Source of the DNA: Octopus vulgaris
Taxonomy: Eukaryota
Assembly (NCBI GenBank): GCA_951406725.2
Contig: OX597816.1
Span: 38,688,001-38,752,000 of the forward strand
DNA: 64,000 bases
Direction: 5' to 3'
The position numbers were made by a program, and so were the translations under genes. Shown piece by piece: positions 50,742 through 64,000 of the stretch. How positions within the stretch are numbered: position 1 is the first letter of the stretch; each line of letters opens with the position of its first letter. Below the pieces are notes generated by a model that searched no databases, was not told the origin of the DNA, and saw nothing but the letters and a program-made list of their open reading frames with translations.

Positions 50742-53082
50742 GTAATTATTTCCTACTTAACTTTATGTGTTTTTGTTGATTATCTGCTAAAGTTTATATT
50801 TTGTCGTTACATACACACACTAAATATATATATATATATATTTATGTACACATATACATACATATGGTAATCGTCAGTGGTGCATCCAATTAATGCCATG
50901 AAACTTTAAATATACAACCTGTAGATTTTATTTTACTTAACTAGAGAAGCACATAATTCAAATATGAGAGTATGTGTTAAATCAAAACAGGTCATTTATG
51001 CTTTTACATCGACATCACACCAACGGGGGATCCACGCCGTGGTTATTGACCTGACCTGCCGTGTATAATAGCCAAACGTCCCTCAAATCACTCATCTTGC
51101 CATCACAAAAGTAAGGACGCTTTGGCTTGTGTGATCCTGAGTACACTATGCCCGGTGGAAAAAACAGAAGGGTCACAGCCAGGACGACTTCGATTTTCAG
51201 TTTTGCTAATTGAGGGCTGATCTGAGGATGGTTTATGCAATAACAACTACATTCGACAAGGATAGTCAACAAATTGTTTGTTGTTCTATATCGTTGATCG
51301 AATTACAGTATTTGGGGTTCTTAAGAAACAAAAGTGTCGGTATTTAATTAAATCTTTCCCGGTTTTGTTACTAATAAGTTGCGTGCAGCTAGACTAGCAC
51401 GTGGACTGAAATTTTTTGTTTTATTTTTTACGTATTATTTCACTTACATTCTTTATCAGCTCATATGTTTAGAAGTCGACAGCTTTGTTATATGTAAGCA
51501 TTGTTACGTGTACACGTTGGTTGTATAAAAATAAAATTTACCCTAATAAATATTTTCACTGCATTGAAACTATACCTATTTCATCATCTTTTATCTGATG
51601 CAATACTAGGTTTCTGTGTTTGTATTATTCTGAAAGCATTTTGGACACATACGCCACTCCTTTAACGTAATCTTGTTTGCCATATTATTTGTTGTGGGGA
51701 AGGTGTAGAAAGGTATATTCCTACCTTTGCGGAATTACACTTATATGGAAATTCCTGAAACTATCTCCCCAAGTAGTATGATTGTTTATCCTACCTCAAG
51801 ACAACTCTTGCATTAGAATTTACAGTTTTGAAAGCATTTTTTTAATGAGAATATCCAAGGAATATTCACTAGATTACCAAAAAATTTTAAAACCATAATT
51901 AGGTTTCTTTTTCTCGTTCTTTCGTCTATAAATTTAAATTTTGAAATACTTAAACGATAAGAAAATCCACTTAGATTAAATAAAATAGCTCAAATTTGCT
52001 CGGCGTGGTCGATATCCTTTTGGAAGAACTTCAGATTTCTCTGGCACATTCAAACTGAGAAGACAAGTTTTAAACATTTTCAATAAAAAGTTGGGGCTCG
52101 ATTCTGAGAAACGTTGAAGTTCAAGTACATCATGTAAGACCCTTTGGAAACAACGTTAGCTCAATGTAATCAAAATTTCAGAACATTGAATATAAGAATT
52201 CCCAGGTCACAGGATGTTAGAATCCTTGGAAATTTCAGTATCGTTCAAGAAATGTTTAAGTTTTAACATTTTCTAAGTGAAAATGTAGAACCAAACATTT
52301 TTGAACAACCAAAGACCACACTCTACCTGTTGAACCCATAAGAAATATCTGAATGTCAAAATTTAGATATATATCAGCTGGGTTTCTATTAACTAAGGAG
52401 TATAATGTTGCACAAATTGCATATGATTTTAAATTAGAAAAATGTATTAAATTTTTCAAGTCATTTATATAAATTAGGAAAAGTATTGGTTCAGTAAGGC
52501 CACTTTACAGAACTCTTAGGTGTGACAGCATAGTGAGGGAGCAAGAGCAATTTGGGGTGGGGTTTGCAGCACTTTTGTATAAACCTGTATAGGAGGTAGA
52601 GGTGGGTGTTTGGCACTCTCAAGGGCTACCACTGGTGACACTCACTCCAGCTGCTCTGCTGTCTAGGTGTGACTGAAACTAGAATAGTCTTCTTTTACAG
52701 ATATATTGTTTTCTGTTTCTAAATAGTTTTTTAAGCCACTCTAAAATGTTTACCAGCAGCTGTGAGATCACCGAGTAATTTACCAGACAAGAACCCCTTG
52801 AGTGAGTGGAGTGTAGTGTTGAGGGAGCTGGCTTTTTTTGTCAGGTGATGAGAAGTTAGAGTATGAACAGAGACAGAAATAGGTGTCTGCAGTTGAGGAG
52901 ATACATGGCTACTCCTGTAGGAGAGAGAGAGATAAGATGGTGATGATGCAACAGGGTGGACACCCAAATTACAGGGAGGTGTATATAGTGATTTGATTGG
53001 GTGAGTGGGTGGGTAAGTTCACAAGATTATGAAAGGAGAGTGGAATGTAGAGGGGAATCTTAAAGAATATTATCGATACATA

Positions 53083-53465
53083 GGCACAGGCGTGGCTGTC
53101 CGGTAAGAAGCTTGCTTCCCAACCACATAGTCTGGGTTCAGTTCCACTGCGTGGTACCTTGAGCATCCTTGGGAGTGGATTTGTTAGATGAAAACTGAAA
53201 GAAGCCTATTGTATATGTATATACATATACATACATATATATATATATTTATGTGTGTGTCTTCGTATCTGTGTTTGTTCTCCCACCATCACTTGACAGC
53301 TGTGTATTTACATTCCCGTAACTTAGCGCTTCAGCAAAAGAGACCAATAGAATAAGTACTAGGCTTACAGACAATAAGTCCTGGGTCCGATTTGTTCAAC
53401 TAAAACCCTTTAAGGTGGTGCTCCAGCATGGCCTAAGTCAAGTGGCTGAAACAAGTGAAAGAATA
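53083..53465 (+). mobile_element. tRNA-derived SINE (family A)
   Basis: Head, microsatellite core and tail match 4170-4580. Confidence 0.85.
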
Positions 53466-54475
53466 ATACTAGGAAATTTACAACACAATTTACAAAAGGA
53501 AAGTCACTTATAGTTGTTTCATTGACACAGCTAATAAAATCAACTCCAGAAAGGAAAATAGAAATACCATCATCATCATCATACATCCACTTTTCCATGC
53601 TGGCATGAGTGGGGATGTCATAATGATCTGAGCCAGTTCTTATTCAGAGTTATTGCTCTCATTTGAGGATTAGGTCATTGGCATACAGAAATTCTCGTGA
53701 GCTGCTGGACTTGAAGTTACGTTATAGCATGGAAAACTGGATACTAATTTAAATGCATAACCAACTTTCACCTTACCAATATAATTCTCACAAGCCATTC
53801 ATTTCACCCTACTTAGTGACTACTGCAGAATGTAACTTTATCCAGATCAGCAAATGCTAGATAGAATGGCCTATTTTCGGTTAATTGTTTCTGCATTTGT
53901 TTTTAGAAACAGGGTATCAGTACAATATGCTGTCCTGGCATAAACTTGAACTTCATCTTTTCTAGGTTAGTTCTCATCTTTCAGTAACATTCACAATTTG
54001 GCCCATCAGTTTGATGCTGTTGTACTAACCGACTTCTGAAGCATTTATTTGACCTTGTAACTGTTGATAATGAAACATCCCAATTGTTGAGTATTTCACC
54101 TCTCTGTTCCACATCATTGCCTATATGAGTCTCTAGCATGTAACCTACTTCAATATTATTGCACATATTGTTAGCAGTTGACTGGTAGTAATTATTCCGG
54201 TTTGATAATTTAAAAAGGAAAAGAAAAACATCTTAAGTTGTAACTTCATAACAGTTTGTTGAAGCTTTAAAAATTATGTGCTAAAATGATTAGTCTGCTT
54301 TGAGCCCAAGAGCTCATGAAGTTGGAGCTTATCTAGATTTTCAAGGTATTTAGGTTGAGAATAGAAAATGATTTCTCACTCCTACACAGTAGGATTAACT
54401 TCCTGTCTACCCACTAGTTGCCATGTTTCTCAGTCTCAACTAAATGTATTGGGTCATTGTGAAGTACCTTATTAA

Positions 54476-54689
54476 CCCTTTAGCATTTAAACCGGCCATA
54501 TCCGGCCAAAAGTATTCTGCCTGTTTTATGTTCAAACTGACCAGGTCTGACCTCTCACACCAACCCTACAATATCGTTTTAAAAATTACAATTACCTCAT
54601 CAAACTCTCAAAGCTACAAGATAATACATGATTAGTTCAAAACAATGAAAAAGCATTAATTTTGGTAGAATAATGCAAACACTAAAGGG
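54476..54689. mobile_element. piggyBac-type MITE
   Basis: TTAA on both sides; homologous to 2781-3001. Confidence 0.88.
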
Positions 54690-55136
54690 TTAAAGGACAT
54701 GATATATGGCCCAGTTTGGGATTTGAAACCATAATCTCACAATTATAAGCCCAACACCTTAACCACTTGGCCATATCATCATCATCTAAAATCCATTTAT
54801 CTGTTCTTGCAAAATTCGTTGAAGCAGATTTTCTGTGACTGGATGCCTTTCCTGTCACCAGCCCTCACTTATTTTCAAGCAATGTTTTATTTCCCATGGC
54901 CATACATTTTTCTTGTAGAAGACTGGAAATGAACAACATTGTTTGTATGATGGTGATGCTCATTTACAGCCATCACATAATGTTACAAGGGTACACACAG
55001 TTATGCACATGAATACATACGTACACACACACGCACACACACACATGCATACATACATTACTCAAGATGCACTTTCAGCTTCATATTTATTATTATTAGA
55101 GCAACACAAGGTAGCAAACTGGCAGAATCGCTAGCA

Positions 55137-55525
55137 GATGACTGGTGCGACACCAGTGCAAAATCACCTCCCTCCGACAAGTCATCCTAACGAGACGTCT
55201 GCGTTGGCTGGGTCATGCCCTCCGTCGTCAACCAGGAGAATTCATCTACGAAGCAATTGCCCCAGCTCCCCTTCAGGGTTGGCGAAAGTGATGTGGTGGA
55301 CAACGAAAAACCTGGCTGATGACAGTCAAGGCTGATCTAGAACCCAACCTAGGCTCCCATATCTATGGTGTTCGCCACTGGAATAAGGAGTGGTTGGAGA
55401 TCACGCGGTCGTTAGCCTCAAATTGCCAGGTCTGGTCGGCGTTTGTGAGAGATGCAGCATTGAGGATGAATAAAGCCAGCTCAACCCACCCTGAGTGAAT
55501 GCTGTCTCAAGAGAGAGAAAAGAAG
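55137..55525 (+). mobile_element. RTE-type LINE 3' fragment inserted in a family-B SINE
   Basis: RRLRWLGHALR motif; 13-bp TSD AGAATCGCTAGCA at 55124-55136 and 55526-55538. Confidence 0.8.
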
Positions 55526-56389
55526 AGAATCGCTAGCACACCACACAGAATGCTTATTGGCATTTTGTCCATCTTTACTTTCTGAGTTCAAATTCCGCCT
55601 AGGTCAACTTAACCTTTCATCTTTTCAGGGTTGATAAATTAAGTACCAGTGAAATGCTGGCATCGATGTAATTGGCTAGTCCCCTCCCACAAAATTTCAG
55701 GCCTTCAGCCTTAAATCGAAAGGTTTAGTGGAGCAACAGGCTACATACCAACTTGTCCGGAGGATCATGATATCTGGGACTATAAAAATCTGCAAGGCCT
55801 TCTTAAGATTTAAAGGATGATGAACAGATCAAGATGTTTTCCTTCACAATCTTATTACCAAGTAGGTGGCTGGTCAAAATTTACTCTAAATTAGAAAGAG
55901 AACACACACACACACAACAGACTTCAGTTTCCATCTATCAAATCCACTCACAAGGCTTTGGTCAGCCTGGGGTTATATTTGAAGACACTTGCCCAAAATG
56001 CTGTGCAGCAAGATTGAACCGGAGGCTATATGGTTAGGAAGCTAGCTTCTTAACTACCCAGCCATTTTGCACGTTATACATTCATAGTTTATCTTATTAA
56101 GGATAAAAAATAACTGCTCCACCTTCTCAGTCCATTTCACACCTGTTTCATCACAGAGCATCAGAAACAAATTGAATCATTAATACATTCAGGAGCCCAG
56201 GATTCCATTACAACAATGATTGCATTTAGACTTCTATTGTACTAAAAGATTAAATCTGAAACTTTGCTTATGATGCTTCTAGAATCAAAAAAAAATTAAT
56301 ATCCAACAAACTTTTCGTTTAAAAAAATGTGCTTTCCTGTTATATTGTTTGGGAAACCCCTACTTTTCTGAATATGAATTAACAAGAGT

Positions 56390-56800
56390 ACTAGTTATCA
56401 ACCATCGTACAAACAATAACTCTGAGCACCTTTTCAAACTCCACCCGTCTAACACCTGTGGACATATTTACAAAGTAAGAAAACAGCACAGCTCCCATGA
56501 CTTCAGGAAACATTTTTTCACGCTGAGAGTTGCTGAAGCATGGAACAAACTGCTGGCATCAGTTGTTAGTTGTTGGAGCATTGCATCCTTCAAAACTTCC
56601 ATGCTTCCTGAGATTCGCCAACACTACACTTGATTTTCTCCCCTCCATACACACACAAGCATGTATCTGACTCATACATTGTTCGCTTTCCAGACATTTC
56701 TACATTACTGCATGTACTTTATATGCACTTTCTGACAAGTTGTGGTGCACCTGAGCACTGTATACAATAATTTCATTATTATTATTTTTATTATTATTAT
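56390..56800 (+). mobile_element. CR1/L2-group LINE 3' fragment
   Basis: Same family as 18630-19035 (RKHFFTLRVAEAWNKL), with (ATT)n tail. Confidence 0.85.
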
Positions 56801-59208
56801 GAAGTGAAGATTTAACTGGCTGGTTTGTGATACTGGAAAATCACTATTGTTATTTAGTCCCAGATCAGCCCTGATCAAGCAAATCTAAGCTCAAAGGTAC
56901 TCTGGCCTTTGATCTTAGATCATTGATCCATCCTGTCTTGAGTATTTAGGATTACATAATCTAAATTGTCCTTCTGTACTTTTTAGGACATTTGGTATAA
57001 GACAGGTTGGTAAATCAAAGTTTTCTGGCTTCCCATTAGTTATTTTCTCTTCTTAAGTACCATTCTAGTTTGATGAGGAAAATATCGTGAAGTAATGTTT
57101 ATTGCCATTTAAACATAGCTATTCCATAGGAACTGACGTTACTTATTTCTTTATTGCCCACAAAGGGCTAAACATAGAGGGGACAGACAAAGGGATTAAG
57201 TCGATTACATCGACCCCAGTGCATAACTGGTACTTTATTTATTGACCCCAAAAAGATGAAAGGCAAAGTCGACCTCGGTGGAATTTGAACTCAGAACGTA
57301 ATGTTTCTGCCAGCTCGCTGCCTTAGGAACTGATGTTGCTGCTATTTCTAACCCCTAAGAATTTGCAAAGTTTAGTGTTTGTAAAAGTGGTATTGTTGCT
57401 TTGCTCTTGTTCTGCCCTTATGTAGATTAAAAGCATTCTTGCAATGACCATACTGTCTTTTAATGGAAAAAAATCTATGATTATACCCTTCCTGTATTAA
57501 GACAGTGGATTGTGAGTTGAGGGAAATTTGGGTGCTATTTCTAATTTATCAAGTGAACATGTAGAGATTTTTCCTTGCCTTGTTTGTGAAAATGGTGAAC
57601 GTGCAAGTGAAAGGCACAAAAGACATACAGGTATATTAGGCACACCCTAATTTCAGCAGTGAATATTCAGGATTAAAAGTTTTTAATGCATTATTCCTTT
57701 AGCATTTAAACCAGCCATATCCAGCCAAAATGTTCTATTTGTTTTATGTTCAAACTGACCAAATACAAGATTCTTACACCTACCCTACAATATCATATTA
57801 TAAAAGTAAACAAACCTATAAGTGAAATCTCAAAGCTACAAGATAATGCATGATTAATTCAAAACTATGTGAATAAATAAGCATTACATTTGACAGAATA
57901 ATTTGAATTTTAAAGGGTTAAAACCTATGTGAGGCTTCAGTTTCACATGTAAGACCAGGAGGTTGGGATTGAGACACTTTTGTGAGGGGAAAAAGTGTGC
58001 CTTATATACTGTCAAATATGGTAATAAGCTGTTATATCATCCGTGACAATATTTGATATGTGTGCAACAATATATCATAGTACCAAATATAATCGTATAA
58101 CAATAAGCAATGAGAGTTGGTTAGCTTATAACCATTTGTACAATAACGCTCCAATGCAGAATCAATACCGAGACTAAAGCTCTCACAGTTTGACCTCAGC
58201 TGTCTGCTGGCTCATCTATTTATAAGACTCATCCAGTCACATGTGGGTGGGTGGGTGTCAGTTTACTCCAAAATATAAGCAAATAAAGTTCAGATAAATA
58301 GTTTACTGAAGTCATTTCAATTGACTAAACTACTCTACGTCCCTTAGAAAAATATTACAATTTCAAGGTCAAATAGTTTATTTTTCATTCTAAGAACCAG
58401 TAATACATTGAGGTGAAATTCAGTTAACTATTAACCCTTCCCCTGTTGAAAATGACTTTGTATTTTATCAAAATAAATTGTTTTTTTTTAATTATTTATA
58501 TTGTAAGGTGGGAGATGGTGAAGATGCATAACTTATCAGAGTATTGAGCTCACAATCATTGGATCATGGATTTGATTCTCAGAGCAGGCAGCACATTGGT
58601 CCTTAGACAAGGCACATCATTTCATGTTATCCCAGTCCACTCAAGTGAAATGAACACTGGTAGTAGTCGGGGTTAACTCTGTAATGGACTGGCATCCTGT
58701 TCAGTAGTAATCTTGTGCTCTTGGGTGTCTAACAGCATTGGAAACCCAGGCAAGCTCCAGACTCATGAGCTAATAGGCTTAAGATAAACATTTTCTTTGG
58801 GATGGTGGTTTTACAGAATTGCTAGAATTTCAGAAAAAATACCATGCAATATTTGTTCCTGTTCTTTATCTTCTGAATTCAAATCCCAGGGAAGTCAAAT
58901 TTGGCTCTCGTTCTTTCAAGATTGATAAAGTACCAGTGAAGTATTCGGGTCAATTTAATAAGCTACTGCCAAAGTTTGTAGTCTTATGCCTATGTTAAAA
59001 ATGGTTGTTAAAATAACTGTTATTTGCAACTTGGTTTTGATTCTTAATTAAAACCAAACTCTTTTGCCTGTGTGGTAAGAAGCTTGCTTCCCAACCACAA
59101 GGTTCTGGGTTCAGTCCTATGTTGTGGCATCTTGTGGCTCCTACTATAGATATCTGGGCCAACCAAAGCCTTGTGAGTTAATTTGGTTGACAGAAACTGA
59201 ACAAAGCC

Positions 59209-59251
<43 letters not shown>

Positions 59252-59264
59252 TGTGCATACACAA

Positions 59265-60153
59265 TAGAGTGTAAGCGCCTTGAGAGAAAAGTTGGAACTA
59301 AGCAGCATCAGATGTGGTGTGCAAGAGAGACGACTGTGCTGGTGTGGTCATGTGGTGCGAATGGATGAGGACAGCTGTGTGAAAAAGTGTCACACCCTAG
59401 CATTTGAGGGAATCTGTGGAAGAGGTAGTCCCAGGAAGAGGTGGTGAAGCACAACCTTCGAACATTGGGCCTCACCGAAACAATGATTAGTGACCGAAAC
59501 ATTTGGAAACATGCTGTGCTTGAGAAGATCCGGCAAGCCAAGTGAGACCATAACCTGTGACCTATGCCAGGGGTGTAACCAGCCTACTTATGCGTACCTT
59601 TCTTTTGTTGGACACTAAACTTTGCTTGCGAAGACCTGTTGAGGCAAGTGAAATTAAAATCAAATTCGCTGATGTGGCCAATGACAGCACCGCCTGACTG
59701 GTACCCATGCAGTGAAACGCTAAAGCACCATCTGAGTGTGATCGTTGCCACGGCCACTGACTAGCCCCCATGCCGGTGGCACATAAAAAGCACCATTCGA
59801 GCATGATTGTTACTAGCGTCGCCTTACTGGCACTTGTGTCGGTGGAATGTGAAAAACAACATTCAAGCAAGGTCATTGCCAGTGCCACTGGACTGGCTCC
59901 TGTGCAGGTGGCACATAAAAAGCACCATTTGAACGTGGTCGTCGCCAGTACCGCCTGATTGGCCCTCGTACCGGTGGCACGTAAAAGCACCCACTACACT
60001 CTCGGAGTGGTTGGCATTAGGAAGGGCATCCAGCTGTAGAAACTCTGCCAGATCAGATTGGAGACTGGTGCAGCCTTCTGGCTCACCAGTCCTCAGTCAA
60101 ACCGTCCAACCCATGCCAGCATGGAAAGCGGATGTTAAACGATTATGATGATG
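59265..60153 (+). mobile_element. RTE LINE ORF end plus complete 3' UTR with tandem 66-nt units
   Basis: Decayed CGVQERRL.W.GHV.RMDE region, then 3' UTR, 4-5 tandem units and (gat)n tail. Confidence 0.9.
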
Positions 60154-60319
60154 ACACATACACACATGTATGTGTGTGTCTTTGTGTTTGTTTGACTTCA
60201 CCGTGGTGCCCCTGCATGGTCACAATTCAGTGGATGAAACAAGTAAAAAGATAAAGATTATTATTTTATGTTTATGAATTCGTTTTGCAAGATTCCTGAT
60301 GTGAAATTGTGTGTTGAAG

Positions 60320-61350
60320 CAGATATTATTATATTTCAGGATGGTCGTTTTCCTTTTTTATTGCCAAATAAACACTGTAAATTCGTTCTTCACTTGCTTA
60401 TTGTTGTTCTTATTTTATCTTATGTCCATTATCTGGAAATCTTTCATCACATATCTTGACTTCTTCAGTGACTCTTCCATCCATGTGTTTCCCTTTGTTG
60501 TGTTTAGTCCATTCTGTCTCTCTCTATGATGTATATCCTTATCTGCACTTGTTTGCATCTTATCTGTGTGTGTGTGCGCATGTGTGTACACTAGTGTGTG
60601 TGTGTGTGTGTGTATACAGGTTTGCTTACTATATTATTTGTATCCATGCCTAAATAGGTTTTTTTTCTTCATTTATTGACTTATTTCATCATAAGTATGC
60701 ACATGTGTGACTTTTGTGTGTGTATACATAGGTTTATGTATTATACTGTTTGTATCTGTGTCCTTTTTTCCTTTCTGTCTTTAGTTATGTTGCATGATCT
60801 AGTGGTGGCAGATGTTATTGTTCCATTCGTCTTTTCTATTGAAGCTTGGTTTGTTTATTACTATGTGTGTGGTCACTGTAATCTGTCTAAGTGTCATGTC
60901 TGTTCTATGTGTTGATATATCTTGTCTGACTACATTCCTATTCTGACAGTTAACCTGTGGATTCATCTTACATACTATACAATTGTTCTCTGTACTTCAT
61001 GCTTATGATGAAATACAAGAAATAGAGATAATGAGTAAATAAATGGAAAAAATATCTATATAAAGGATATGGATATAAATAATATACTGAGCAAACCCAC
61101 ATACATACACACGAAACTCATAGACATGCACACACATGCACAGATAAGGATACACATGGATGGATGAAATAGAACAGGAGGAAATACATGGATGGCAGAG
61201 TCACTGAAGAGGTCACAGATGTGTGATGAAAGATTTCCAGACAATAGACATGAGATAAAATAAGAACAATAATAAACAAGTGAAGGACGAATGTATAGTG
61301 TGTATCTTTATTTGGCAAGAACAAAAATGACCACCCAGGAATATAACATT
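60320..61350. repeat. Diverged inverted repeat (about 60320-60690 / 61030-61350) with hammerhead-like cores
   Basis: Arms align in reverse complement, also visible as similar ORF translations on opposite strands (FVLHL.I.VLILS.V..LEIFHH.S). Confidence 0.85.
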
Positions 61351-61369
61351 ATTATTGTTATTGTCAGAG

Positions 61370-63900
61370 CTAAGGCATATTCACTAAGCATGAGGGAATG
61401 AAAGCATCATGATGGGCCTGCATGGCGGAGACAAAAAGTGTCAATAAACCCACCATTCGGTCTTTGGTGGATCAGAGTGGATGTGAGTTGTTCAAACTAA
61501 AACGGATGTGTGCGACTTTTCAGCAGCACTTTGCTTGACTGTTCAGGATGAATGGTAGGACTGATAACAGGGCAGACTTTGGTGTGTACCTGGACAGCCT
61601 GCCACAACTTTCAGCGAGTGAGGCTGAGTGCTGAGAAAGGCCGATAATAGCCATGGAAATACAGGAAATGAAGAGTTGCATGAGAGGTAGATTGCCAGGT
61701 AGGAATGGTCTGCCCTACGAGCTTTATACTTCAATGCCAGACTTGTTTGCAGACGTCTACTGCAACTGGCGGTAGAATGGGAGAATTCCCACTTTTGTCT
61801 GTTGAGGGGCTGTGACACTGTTGAGAAAGGACCCAAACAAGGGGGATGTTATAGAAAATATCAGGCCCATCACTACTCAATGTAGAGCTGAAGATTTTGG
61901 CCAAGGTATTAGCGAAGAGGTTGGCACTTGTGGACAAGCTGGTTGGCGAGGCCCAAACATGTGCCATCCCAACCAGGACTATTCACAATAACCTCCATCA
62001 TTAGAGAGGGTAGGGCTCTGATCAGTTTAGATCAATCTTAAGCCTTTGATAGGGTTGACCATCAATACTTGGCAGCTGTCCTCAAGGCAGCCGGTTTTGG
62101 TCCAGTTTTCTGTGGTTGGGTTGCTGCTTTGTACAGCGGCATCTGCTCGGTTGTTCGGGTGAATGGTCACTTGTTGGAGCCATTCAGCATCTTGCATTCA
62201 GTCTGTCAAGGGTGCCCTCTCTCCTCCCTTCTGTATGTACTGACTCTTGAGCCATTACTGTGGAAGTTGGAGGCTTTGAGGGGTGTCCTGCATAATCTAG
62301 GATGTAGGAGAAGTATGTCTGCTTACGCTGATGATGTCACCATCATAGTGTCAAGCTACAGGCATATAGACCTGATTGGTGACACACTACAAGAATATGA
62401 AGCAGTGATAGGAGCAAAAATTCAATGCGGAAAAGTCAGTGGACTTACAACTCGGCATCTGGAGAGGCAAGTCCATGCTGTCCAGCAGCATCAAGGGGTG
62501 CTGGACAGTCTGGTTTAGTCCGAACCTCTAAATGCAGAAAAACTGGGACGAGGTGACAAGCAGGGTAGTCAATCTCACCCAGAAATGGGCTGAGAGGAAG
62601 CTGTCCCTGAAAGGTCGAGCAGAGGTGGTGAATGCGTATATCGCGTCCATCAGCTATTACCACTTGACTGTCGTCCTTTGCCCTGTTTGCTGGTTGACCA
62701 AGCTGGTGCACGTACTTTTCCACTTTTTGTGAAAGGGGTGCATTCCACTGGTCAGGTGCTCCATCTGCTGTCAACAGCTGCTGAATGGAAGGCTGGGTAT
62801 GCCGTGTTTACTGATGTGCAGACATGCACTGAGGTTGAGCATCTATAGCATTTTCTTGACAGTGAGCAGGTGTAGTCACCATTTGTCAGGCACACTTTTT
62901 CATAGCTCGTCTCTTTGACTGAGCTGCAAACTTGGATTAGGCGTACCAAGGAGGGGTGCTTGGCACCTCGAGTGCCATCAATCACTTACAGCTCTCCGCC
63001 AGGCAGCTAATGCAGTCAGTGGTAGTTCCACTCTAATATTCTATAAAGAACTAGTGGAGGGAAAGTGCAACAATGTTCTCGGGGAAACTCTGGGCATTGA
63101 TGAAGACCAGCTAACTGGTCTGTTTCGGAGAACTTTCAGGCTTGGGCCTATGGATAACTCCAGTGATCCTTTGCCTGGCAGTGCTACCGAGGGGCACTGC
63201 CTATTCAAGATTAACTTTACAGGCATAGAAGTGCCATCAGCCGTTCCTGCCCTAGGTGTCCCCACAATGATGAAACCGTTCTGCACTCCCTAGTCCAGTG
63301 CCTGAGTATTGCTGACCTGTGGTTTTATGTCAAACACTTGCTGTTGCATGTAGGACAGATCTGGCTATCCATTGTGAAGATTGCCTCACTGGCCTCTTTT
63401 AGCTGGGAGGGGGCAGGCAATTTTTATTTCTCCAATGGATGTAGTGAAAGAGGTAGTATGGTGAACTCATTTGAAAGAGCTAAAGACAGACACTTTCCTC
63501 CTTGGCCAAGCCCTCATCAACTTTTTCAAGTTTCACTTGACATGGAAGTTGAGGCCAAAGGAAGTGTTGCCTCGTAGCAAGTTTGTTGGAAGAATGGCCA
63601 GTGTGAAAGGACCGATTCTGAGCATGCACCTGTAAAAAGGGAATTAAAGGAGAAGGGCTCTTGCCCTGTTGATCAAGCACCCGTGGCTTTTCTGGGTTTT
63701 TCCACGAGGACCTTAAAGCATCTCCCCTTTGAAAATTTTAATTTATTCAATTTTCATTGTTATTCATATTGTTTACGCACAGAAAACCCATTGTATCGTC
63801 CCATTTTCGTCTTTTATGTTGTTGCATTTCCTTTAATGTGAGCCCATGTGGCTAATAAAACAATGAATTATTATTATTATCATCATCATCATCATTATTA
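61370..63900 (+). mobile_element. Decayed L1/Tx1-clade LINE (RT and C-terminal region)
   Basis: Motifs RPITLLNVELKILAKVLAKRL, AFDRVDHQYL, QGCPLSSLLY, YADD and LSLKGRAEVVN, with many stops and frameshifts; ends aataaa + (att/atc)n. Confidence 0.9.
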
Positions 63901-64000
63901 TTATTATTATTTACCTTTTCCTACCCAACCACAGTAAATTCTGCTCTCCTAAAAAACATTTTACTTCCTAGTTATTTTACTGCTTACATCTAAATTTTTT

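Noticed and set aside
53981-54166. Unique-looking 61-aa ORF on the minus strand, or a plus-strand second exon
   Set aside because: No homology recognised; the plus-strand phase-2 frame reaches a stop without a convincing donor
59680-59995. CRISPR-like repeat/spacer appearance (about 21-nt hairpin repeat every 66 nt)
   Set aside because: The spacers are homologous to each other, the array lies in an RTE LINE 3' UTR in a eukaryote, and there are no cas genes

Overview
AT-rich, repeat-dense eukaryotic genomic DNA. The repeat families (RTE LINE with (GAT)n tails, tRNA-derived SINEs, TTAA MITEs, long (TA)n tracts) look like those of an octopus or other coleoid cephalopod; this is an inference from repeat content. 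No complete protein-coding gene is visible. Almost all ORFs in the track are artefacts of microsatellites or transposon remnants. Well-supported content: a full-length dead mariner (22820-24102); RTE LINE fragments, one with a PHD-like finger inside its RT; CR1/L2 and L1/Tx1 fragments; many SINEs; piggyBac- and hAT-type MITEs; a probable LTR with a tRNA-Trp primer site; and a 1.8 kb GATA/GACA satellite. Host-gene candidates are a 28-nt minus-strand micro-exon (647-674) and a plus-strand promoter with a first exon (about 50.4-50.75 kb). Two signals stand out. (1) Several unrelated fold-back (inverted-repeat) elements each carry a minimal hammerhead-ribozyme motif in a Penelope-like pseudo-LTR layout; one has a tRNA-derived head and one has a U3-A8 covariant core. 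(2) A sequence 12.3 kb away is complementary to the whole micro-exon and both of its splice sites, a candidate editing or splicing duplex. All coordinates were read by eye; repeat boundaries are approximate unless TIRs or TSDs are quoted.
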